A DNA stretch of 11,775 nt from a virus, in IMG/VR virus record IMGVR_UViG_3300045988_040311, positions 1 to 11,775 of that record; one strand, written 5' to 3'. Position numbers and translations under genes: made by a program. Position 1 is the stretch's first letter, and every line of letters starts with the position of its first letter. This document shows, one piece after another, positions 6,014 through 11,775 of the stretch. The notes under the pieces were generated by a model. The model was not told where the DNA came from, did no database searches, and saw only the letters and a list, made by a program, of their open reading frames with translations.

Positions 6014-7034
6014 CTTGTACTTAAAGTATCAAGAGCAAATAAAAAACAAAGACAAAAGCGTAAATGGCTACATTCGAAAGATGTTAGCCATCACGCAAGC
6101 CATGTTTGAGTACAAAGGTTTACCCGAAACGTTACCCCAAAACAATTTGGAAAACCTTTTGCAGACCAACGGCAATGTTTTTGTAACTGAGGTAGACGGC
6201 AAAATGTACGCTTTTACTGGTGGTCTTGGAGGTGTACCCAACGCGTACAATGAGGCAACCGAGTACATTGTAAGTAACCCCTACCTCAACCTTAACAAGT
6301 CGTACAAAATAGGAGTTGAAGGCGTCCTAATTAAAAACGATAGTGGTGCAAATAGCCTTTTACCTATCTTCGGTAAATATGGTGTATTGTGTAGTGATAC
6401 GCTTTTGTCGCTTAATACGTGTTCGGTACTCTCTCGTATCACTATGTTAATAAGTGCGAGCGATGACAAGACAAAGCAAAGCGCGGACGATTTTGTAAAC
6501 AAAATCATGCAAGGGGATTTTTCAGTGATTGGCGAAAACGCATTTTTTAAGGGGGTGAACTTGCAAAGCATTTCCACGCAGAGCGCGAACCAAATAACGC
6601 AACTTATTGAACTACTTCAATACTTCAAGGCGTCCGCCTTTAATGAAATAGGCCTAAACGCTAACTACAACCTAAAGCGCGAGCGGTTGAATACAAGCGA
6701 GGTGCAAATGAATGTGGACGCCCTAAACCCCTACGTTGATAATATGCTGCAAGAGCAAAAAAAGGCAGTAGAAAAAATAAACGCTATGTTTGGCACTGAA
6801 ATTAGTGTAGAGTTGGGTAGTAGTTGGGCGATACGCAAAGAAGAAAACAAAACCGAAAACGAAGACAATGAAGATAATAAAAATAATACTTCTGATAGTG
6901 GCGAAAGTGCTAGTGAACAGAAAGAAGAGGAAGTAACAGAAACGGAAACCGAAACCGAAACGGAAACCGAAACGGAAACCGAAACGGACAACGAAAAGGA
7001 CGAAGAAAACGAAGAAGAAAATGAAAATAATTGA
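5997..7034 (+). CDS. Portal (upper collar/connector) protein, phi29 gp10-like (345 aa), with a long acidic low-complexity C-terminal tail
   Basis: Several blocks are collinear with remembered phi29 gp10. MAKKDN...MFEYKGLPETLP matches MARKRS...LFEWENLPPTI. NEATEY matches NQATVF. GLNANYNLKRERLNTSEV matches GIKNANLEKKERMVTDEV. AVEKINAMFGTEISVEL matches ACEKINELYGLNVKVKF. Confidence 0.9.
   Translation: MAKKDNLYLKYQEQIKNKDKSVNGYIRKMLAITQAMFEYKGLPETLPQNNLENLLQTNGNVFVTEVDGKMYAFTGGLGGVPNAYNEATEYIVSNPYLNLNKSYKIGVEGVLIKNDSGANSLLPIFGKYGVLCSDTLLSLNTCSVLSRITMLISASDDKTKQSADDFVNKIMQGDFSVIGENAFFKGVNLQSISTQSANQITQLIELLQYFKASAFNEIGLNANYNLKRERLNTSEVQMNVDALNPYVDNMLQEQKKAVEKINAMFGTEISVELGSSWAIRKEENKTENEDNEDNKNNTSDSGESASEQKEEEVTETETETETETETETETDNEKDEENEEENENN
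6936..6983 (+). repeat. In-frame hexanucleotide microsatellite (ACS-GAA)x8 encoding (Thr-Glu)8
   Basis: The sequence is aca gaa acg gaa acc gaa acc gaa acg gaa acc gaa acg gaa acc gaa, then acg gac. It lies inside the portal C-terminal acidic tail. Confidence 0.9.
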
Positions 7035-7590
7035 CCTTTACCCCGACCCTAAACACGGCCTATTTACGGAGGTGTTCAAACCAAATTTTGCCACGGAATA
7101 CGCTGCAATATTTGGCGACCTTAATAGTGTCGGCCTTGATACGCTTGTACTACTCAACTACAGCGAGCGAGAGTGTATCAACACCATAACACAAGCCAAC
7201 GCCAACGAGTATATAAAAAATATCATTGCGTTGAGTGTTAATAATTGGGTACGTGTTGCGAGTGCCTACAATGCGCAATATGATGTACTTAACCCTATAC
7301 AGCAGCAGACAACACGCGAAGACAAGACCACCGAAAGCGCGAACAATAACAACACAAATGTTTCGTCTAATAAGCCATACAACGAAAAGGATTTTGTGGA
7401 GTACGACAAAGATAGTACCACGTACGACAATACACGTACTAACGATGTGACGAGTACACAAAAGGTTGTAGGCCTTGGCTCGAAGTCAGCAACGGACGAA
7501 CTTACAAAGGAAATTGAATTTAATTTGCAAAATTGGCGCAAAAGTATTATTTTTGCAATTATAAATGATATAACTAAATTAATATACTAA
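7021..7590 (+). CDS. Virion-module protein (189 aa); candidate lower collar/head-tail adaptor, alternatively scaffold
   Basis: It directly follows the portal with a 14-nt overlap, as gene 11 follows gene 10 in phi29. It has helical N- and C-terminal parts flanking a polar T/N/D-rich middle that could form an extended beta-hairpin. The function is inferred from position only. Confidence 0.55.
   Translation: MKIIDLYPDPKHGLFTEVFKPNFATEYAAIFGDLNSVGLDTLVLLNYSERECINTITQANANEYIKNIIALSVNNWVRVASAYNAQYDVLNPIQQQTTREDKTTESANNNNTNVSSNKPYNEKDFVEYDKDSTTYDNTRTNDVTSTQKVVGLGSKSATDELTKEIEFNLQNWRKSIIFAIINDITKLIY
7524..7557 (+). promoter_or_regulatory. Candidate promoter for the major capsid gene (-33 TTTG / -7 TAttTTTG)
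   Basis: TTTG at 7524-7527, a 20-nt spacer, then TAttTTTG at 7548-7555 followed by CAAT. Spacing and flanks match the early promoter at 252-285. It lies 37 nt upstream of ATG 7592, inside the 3' end of the preceding ORF. Confidence 0.55.
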
Positions 7591-7591
7591 C

Positions 7592-8761
7592 ATGGAAGTA
7601 AAACAAATTTTTACCCTAATAAATTCCGTATCTGAGGAAGTATTGGGAACAACAGAACTTGTTAGCGAGGATTTAACGGGCCTTGTCGATTTGGGTAATG
7701 AGGTTTTTAACCAAAACGCGGTAGACAATTACGTAAAATCACTTGTTAACCACATTGGCAAAGTTGTGTTTGTCAATCGTCCTTACGCGGGCAAAATCCC
7801 CTCTGTACTTATGGACGCATGGGAATTTGGTTCAGTACTCGAAAAAATTAGCGCGGACCTGCCAGAGGCCGAAGAGAATAAAAGTTGGGAACTAACGGAC
7901 GGTACCGACTACTCACAAGATGTATTCCATAAGCCACAAGTTACGGCAAAGTTCTTCAATTCAAAGGTAACTTTCGAGGTGCCCGTTTCTATAACCGAGC
8001 GACAAGTTAAGGAGAGTTTTAGCAACGCTGAGCAACTTAACGCGTTTCTTTCGATGATTTACAACGCGGTGGAGAAGTCTATCACCATAAAGACAGACGC
8101 GTTAATTATGCGTACTATCAATAACATGATAGCACAAACTTTAATAGCTGATAACGAGGCCTTTGGTGGCGATAAAATCGACTACGCAACCAATAGCACC
8201 GCCCGTTGTGTCAACTTGCTAAAGTTGTACAAAGATAACAAAGGTACTACTTTGACCGCTGCAAAGGCGCTGACCGACCCCGATTTTATCAAATTCGCTA
8301 GTTACACAATCGGTTTGTACACGGATAGACTCGCCAGTATTTCTAGCGCCTTTAACATTGGAGGTAAGCCACGCTTTACCCCTCGCGAAAACTTACACGT
8401 TGTACTACTTTCGGACTTCGAAAAGGCCGCGCGTGCGTACTTGTACAGCGATACGTACAACAAAGAGCAGGTACTATTGCCTAACGCGGAAAGTGTTCCA
8501 TTTTGGCAGGGAAGCGGCACAAAGTACGATTTTGCAAGCACGGCACACATCGACATCACGGAGACAGGCGGCAAACCCGTTAAAATTAGCGGCGTACTTG
8601 GCGTTATGTTCGATCGAGAAGCGTTAGGCGTTTGTAACCTCAACCGCCGCGTAACTACTAACTATAACGCAAAGGCCGAGTTCTTTAATAACTATTACAA
8701 GTTTGATGCTGGCTACTTCAACGATACAAACGAAAACTTTGTAGTTTTCTTCGTTGCTTAA
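7592..8761 (+). CDS. Major capsid protein, phi29 gp8-like (HK97 fold expected), 389 aa, without a C-terminal Ig-like extension
   Basis: NAVDNYVKSLVNHIGKVVFVNR is collinear with phi29 gp8 NDFITSLVDRIGLVVIRQ. ESFSNAEQLNAFLSMIYNAVEKS is collinear with [23 protein letters not shown]. The gene has its own promoter and a strong downstream terminator. Confidence 0.85.
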   Translation: MEVKQIFTLINSVSEEVLGTTELVSEDLTGLVDLGNEVFNQNAVDNYVKSLVNHIGKVVFVNRPYAGKIPSVLMDAWEFGSVLEKISADLPEAEENKSWELTDGTDYSQDVFHKPQVTAKFFNSKVTFEVPVSITERQVKESFSNAEQLNAFLSMIYNAVEKSITIKTDALIMRTINNMIAQTLIADNEAFGGDKIDYATNSTARCVNLLKLYKDNKGTTLTAAKALTDPDFIKFASYTIGLYTDRLASISSAFNIGGKPRFTPRENLHVVLLSDFEKAARAYLYSDTYNKEQVLLPNAESVPFWQGSGTKYDFASTAHIDITETGGKPVKISGVLGVMFDREALGVCNLNRRVTTNYNAKAEFFNNYYKFDAGYFNDTNENFVVFFVA

Positions 8762-8781
8762 TTGTATTGAGTTGTGATTGA

Positions 8782-8822
8782 GGGTGTAAGGTGTAAACAA
8801 CTTTACACCCTTTTAAATTTTT
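8782..8822 (+). terminator. Rho-independent terminator after the capsid gene
   Basis: ggtgtaaa (8790-8797) pairs with tttacacc (8802-8809) around the loop caac. An alternative 5' arm is gggtgtaa at 8782-8789. The tract ttttaaattttt follows. Confidence 0.7.
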
Positions 8823-8828
8823 ACAAAT

Positions 8829-9278
8829 ATGGTATCAGTAAATTTTTACAACTATAATGGAGATATACGGGTGATAAATAAAACACTACCTACACCCGTT
8901 AATATACCTTGCGAGTTGCGGAAAAGTTTTAACGTGTTAACCCCTACTTTATTAGTAAGAAGAACAACACCCCCAAATTTTAACTACTGCGAAATAGATA
9001 GTTTAGGGCGTTTCTATTCAATTACTGACGTTAAATTTGTAGGTAATTATACCTACGAAATTTCTCTAAAAGTTGACGTTCTGAAAACGTATGAAACGGC
9101 AATTTTACAGACAAAAGCAAGGGTAACAGAAACAGACAACGCGAACCCCTACATATCTAACAGAGAAAACGTATTTAATCGTGTACCTAATTTTGAAAAG
9201 GTTGAATTTCCTAATAAAAACCTATTAGACGAAAACGGCCAAATTGTTATGGTAACACTGAAAGGTACTAACAATTAA
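8829..9278 (+). CDS. Tail-knob N-terminal domain protein (phi29 gp9 N-terminus-like), 149 aa
   Basis: NFNYCEIDSLGRFYSITDVKFVGNYTYEISLKVDVLKTYE parallels phi29 gp9 [39 protein letters not shown]. This is a Caud_tail_N-type domain (family name from memory). Confidence 0.7.
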   Translation: MVSVNFYNYNGDIRVINKTLPTPVNIPCELRKSFNVLTPTLLVRRTTPPNFNYCEIDSLGRFYSITDVKFVGNYTYEISLKVDVLKTYETAILQTKARVTETDNANPYISNRENVFNRVPNFEKVEFPNKNLLDENGQIVMVTLKGTNN

Positions 9279-9288
9279 ACTATAAAAT

Positions 9289-11508
9289 ATGGCACTTGCA
9301 AAAATTAAAATACATGGTAGTTTTCTACATTGTAAACCCGTACCCGATTATATAGAAGTACCACAAAACCTCGATGTTGTAGTAGTTGCTGATGATGGCT
9401 TTATATTCAAGGAAACAGATATGCCCCGTATTGTTTACGACCAATATGTTTCACACTATGAATATAAATTCGACAAGATTACAGAAGACGGGAAAAAAGC
9501 TATTTTTAATAACTACTTCAACGATGGCTTAAAAAATGTACAAATAACCGCAACCGCTTACGAAAGCGGTGTGACCCCTGGCAAACAGATACCCGTAATC
9601 ACTAAGCTAACTAATTGCGCCGCTAACGCTGACCTACACACAGAAGTAGAAGTGGGTAAAACTTTGATCGTTACACTAACGGCAAATGAAGGGTATAAAT
9701 TCGATGCCGCCAAAAGTACACCAAACTTTTCGTACGATGACGAGAGCTACAACGCTATAATTAAAAATTTTACTATTTCGGAAGACGGAGCAACCGCAAC
9801 GGGCAAAATAGTTATAGGAAATTGGGACGATTTCCAAATAAGGGGTACAGCGTACACCATACCTACCCCCGTTAAAAAGGTTGCTGTAACTACTGCCCTA
9901 ACTAATTGCACCGCTAATAGCGACCTACACACAGAAGTAGAGGTGGGCCGAACTTTAAGCGTTACACTAACAGCTAACACGGGGTGCGTATTTGATAAAA
10001 CAAAAAGTGTACCCGCGTTTTCTTATAGCGATGAAAACGCAGTTACTAAAGAAAAACCCTTTACTATCTCTGAAAATGGTAAAACAGCAACGGGCGAAAT
10101 AGTTATGGGTGATTACTCCAATTTTATAATAAAAGGTGAAGCATACACCCAAACTACCCCCGTTAAAAAGGTTGCAGTAACTACCGCCCTAACTAATTGC
10201 ACAGCTAACGCTGACCTACCCACAGAAGTAGAAGTGGGGCAAACTTTAAACGTTACGCTAACAGCGAAAGAAAGTGCTTTGTTTGATGCAAACAAAAGTA
10301 CACCTTATTTCTCATACACTAATGAAAATTTGGACCCCGTAGAAAAGAAATTTACTATTTCAAGCGATAACAGAATCGCAACGGGCAAAGTAGTTATGGG
10401 TGATTGGGAAGACTTCACAATAACAGGTACAGCGTACACACAACCTACACCCGTTAAAAAGGTAGAGGTAGAATCTAATCTTTCTAATTGCACCGCTAAC
10501 GCTGACCTACCCACAGAAGTAGAGGTAGGGCAAACTTTAAAAGTTACACTAACAGCAAATGAGAATACTAAATTTGATGCAACCAAAAGTACACCTCATT
10601 TCTCATATCAAGATGAACACCTTGATTTTAGAACACAAAACCTTACTATTTCAGAAGATAACCTAACAGCAACGGGCGAAATAGTTATGGGGGATTGGGA
10701 TTTGTTCACCATAGAGGGCGAAGCATACCCTGTGGCGGTGGTAGGTGGTAAATATGGTGCGGTTAATGTTTACCTAGTTACTAATGATAACCTAAACGAA
10801 TTTAGTACAAAACGTTTCTTCCGTGTAACGGGTACAGACCCAGAAACGGGCGCGGCTATTTACGATAATGTAGATTTAGGCGACTACGTGAACAAGATTG
10901 TACGTATATATACCCCGATAAAAGCAAGTAGTACAGATGTTATACGATGCGGTAACTACAATACTAAAATAAGATGTTACCAACCCGAAACCGACAAAAT
11001 TACACTCAATTTCGGAGATATCACAATACCTAACCACAATAAAAATAACGTGGATTTTGAAAGCGTTGTGCAATTGTTTTTGCCTTTCTTGGGATTCGTG
11101 AATATTCCAAATGATTACATAGGTAAAACTATAAATTTACAATATGTTATTAACGTTCTAACGGGTAATGCGAGCGCGTTAATATCTTGTAACGGGGTTG
11201 TATTCCAAGTTGAAGAAACAGAACCAAAAACCAACGTTTTATACCTATCACAAAACACAGAGAGCAAAACGATAGGCGGTGACGATTGGAACGAACGGCT
11301 ATTTTACGGAATAGAACCATACGTTTTACTAAAATGGTTTAGTAGTTTGGGTGAGGGTTTGAATAATGACCGAAAAAGCGGTAATATTGGTAGTTTTACG
11401 GGTTTTTCGCGTTTCGATGATGTAGAACCTATCAGCGCAGAAAATATGATGATAGAAGAACAAAAACAAATTTACGATTTGTTGAGTAGTGGTATTTACG
11501 TAGAATAG
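9289..11508 (+). CDS. Large tail protein (739 aa): five tandem 97-aa beta-rich repeat domains fused to a gp9-like tail-knob C-terminal region
   Basis: aa 1-485 are 5 x 97-aa repeats (the first degenerate). aa 486-739 carry LFLPFLGFVNIP...LTGNASALISC and a terminal EEQKQIYDLLSSGIYVE. The latter parallels the phi29 gp9 end NDLQEIRTIFDNGITLWH. Confidence 0.75.
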   Translation: MALAKIKIHGSFLHCKPVPDYIEVPQNLDVVVVADDGFIFKETDMPRIVYDQYVSHYEYKFDKITEDGKKAIFNNYFNDGLKNVQITATAYESGVTPGKQIPVITKLTNCAANADLHTEVEVGKTLIVTLTANEGYKFDAAKSTPNFSYDDESYNAIIKNFTISEDGATATGKIVIGNWDDFQIRGTAYTIPTPVKKVAVTTALTNCTANSDLHTEVEVGRTLSVTLTANTGCVFDKTKSVPAFSYSDENAVTKEKPFTISENGKTATGEIVMGDYSNFIIKGEAYTQTTPVKKVAVTTALTNCTANADLPTEVEVGQTLNVTLTAKESALFDANKSTPYFSYTNENLDPVEKKFTISSDNRIATGKVVMGDWEDFTITGTAYTQPTPVKKVEVESNLSNCTANADLPTEVEVGQTLKVTLTANENTKFDATKSTPHFSYQDEHLDFRTQNLTISEDNLTATGEIVMGDWDLFTIEGEAYPVAVVGGKYGAVNVYLVTNDNLNEFSTKRFFRVTGTDPETGAAIYDNVDLGDYVNKIVRIYTPIKASSTDVIRCGNYNTKIRCYQPETDKITLNFGDITIPNHNKNNVDFESVVQLFLPFLGFVNIPNDYIGKTINLQYVINVLTGNASALISCNGVVFQVEETEPKTNVLYLSQNTESKTIGGDDWNERLFYGIEPYVLLKWFSSLGEGLNNDRKSGNIGSFTGFSRFDDVEPISAENMMIEEQKQIYDLLSSGIYVE
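9580..10743 (+). repeat. Tandem 291-bp coding repeats x4 (9580, 9871, 10162, 10453), plus a degenerate fifth copy at 9289-9579
   Basis: The LTNC(T/A)AN(A/S)DL(H/P)TEVEVG(x)TL(x)VTLTA block recurs with a period of exactly 97 aa (Cys at aa 110, 207, 304, 401). The repeated minus-strand shadow ORFs in the track reflect the same repeats. Confidence 0.9.
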
Positions 11509-11526
11509 AAGCAAATGCTTATGCAA

Positions 11527-11566
11527 ATAGCGCGCCAAAATATTTTGGTGCGCTATTTTTGTTTTG
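11527..11566 (+). terminator. Rho-independent terminator after the tail gene, abutting the right ITR
   Basis: The stem runs 11527-11539 against 11544-11556 (atagcgcgccaaa / tttggtgcgctat, one G-U pair) with an atat loop. The tract ttttgttttg follows. Confidence 0.7.
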
Positions 11567-11726
11567 TTGCTATGCAAATATCGGGCCAAATAGCTGTTCG
11601 TAGGTGCTTTTTTTCTTTAGGTTTATGGAGGTTTGGCACGGCCTATGCAAAAAGCGTGCCAAACTCTGTTGGCGAATGTTAAAAATGTGTTGGGAAAAGT
11701 TAAAAAAGGGGTCGTTGTGCATATTT
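11567..11726. repeat. Right inverted terminal repeat (160 bp)
   Basis: It is the exact reverse complement of 50-209 and ends ...GGGGTCGTTGTGCATATTT-3', followed by the A-tail and the adapter. Confidence 0.95.
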
Positions 11727-11775
11727 AGATCGGAAGAGCACACGTCTGAACTCCAGTCACCGTACGTAATCTCGT
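11727..11775. other. Illumina TruSeq indexed adapter read-through (AGATCGGAAGAGCACACGTCTGAACTCCAGTCAC + index CGTACGTA + ATCTCGT); technical
   Basis: It matches the remembered TruSeq adapter sequence exactly. The leading A is the library A-tail. Confidence 0.95.

Larger units (their letters stand above)
50..11726 (+). mobile_element. Complete linear genome of a small phi29-like, protein-primed podovirus (11,677 bp)
   Basis: Adapters abut both termini. It has 160-bp perfect ITRs and a full replication, packaging and virion gene set, all on one strand. Confidence 0.85.

Noticed and set aside
6731-6991. Minus-strand ORF encoding (SV)n low-complexity protein.
   Set aside because: It is the antisense shadow of the portal (TE)8 hexanucleotide repeat, and the portal frame has clear homology.
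4907-8627. Alternative-frame + strand ORFs 4907..5092, 7235..7450 and 8358..8627.
   Set aside because: They are nested inside the ATPase, the 189-aa ORF and the capsid gene. They have odd composition (basic/Arg-rich or low complexity) and no independent start signals.
9270-9292. Programmed frameshift or readthrough joining the 149-aa and 739-aa tail ORFs into one gp9-like protein.
   Set aside because: The downstream frame is closed by TAA (9283-9285) two codons before its ATG. No slippery heptamer is visible. Only a sequencing error could fuse them, as noted under the split-knob finding.
1424-10576. Additional TAnnTTTG matches inside coding regions (starting at about 1424, 2430, 3503, 5353, 6785, 9032, 9188 and 10569).
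   Set aside because: They lack the TTTGCA extension and/or a -33 TTTG at about 20 nt, and are not positioned before genes. The exception is 2430, only 14 nt from the polymerase ATG. Their number is close to the chance expectation for this A/T-rich composition.
9747-10586. A series of minus-strand ORFs with repeated peptides (…AVSVTFKVCPTSTSVGRSALAVQLVRAVVTATFLTGV…). This could be mistaken for a repeat-protein gene or a spaced repeat array.
   Set aside because: They are antisense shadows of the 291-bp coding repeats in the tail gene. The 'spacers' are homologous to each other and in frame on the + strand, so this is not a CRISPR array.
11329-11589. Minus-strand 86-aa ORF starting inside the right ITR, analogous to the leftward right-end early genes of phi29.
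   Set aside because: It overlaps 180 nt of the tail gene and runs through the terminator hairpin. The translation is low-complexity with no promoter box recognised. The other minus-strand track ORFs (for example 547..741, 1938..2216, 2244..2643, 5140..5541, 8302..8643) also lie inside well-supported + strand genes.
50-11726. Mollicute host with genetic code 4 (TGA = Trp), suggested by the size match to Mycoplasma phage P1 and the missing lysin.
   Set aside because: All genes are intact under the standard code. TGA is used as a genuine stop at gene boundaries (1196-1198, 2452-2454, 4635-4637, 7032-7034), Trp is encoded by TGG, and base composition is not extremely AT-rich. The promoter and SD-less pattern fits Bacteroidota better.

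Overview
The window is a complete linear dsDNA phage genome (50..11726, 11,677 bp). It is still capped at both ends by Illumina TruSeq adapter read-through (1..49 and 11727..11775), which is technical sequence. The genome has perfect 160-bp inverted terminal repeats starting 5'-AAATATGC. I count 14 ORFs, all on the + strand, about 94% coding, and no tRNA, rRNA, CRISPR array or integrase. Recognisable genes form a phi29-like (picovirus-type podovirus) core. These are a protein-primed family-B DNA polymerase with a coupled upstream terminal-protein candidate, a gp16-like packaging ATPase, a gp10-like portal, a gp8-like major capsid protein and a gp9-like tail knob. The tail knob is unusual: its N-terminal domain is a separate 149-aa ORF. 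Its C-terminal part sits at the end of a 739-aa protein, behind five tandem 97-aa (291-bp) repeat domains. Expression signals look Bacteroidota-like: TTTG-N20-TAnnTTTGCA promoters and no Shine-Dalgarno motifs. That would be an unusual host for this phage type. I could not recognise an endolysin, scaffold, appendage/fibre or pRNA. All homology statements come from remembered motifs and sequences, not from searches, and all coordinates and motif counts were derived by eye.
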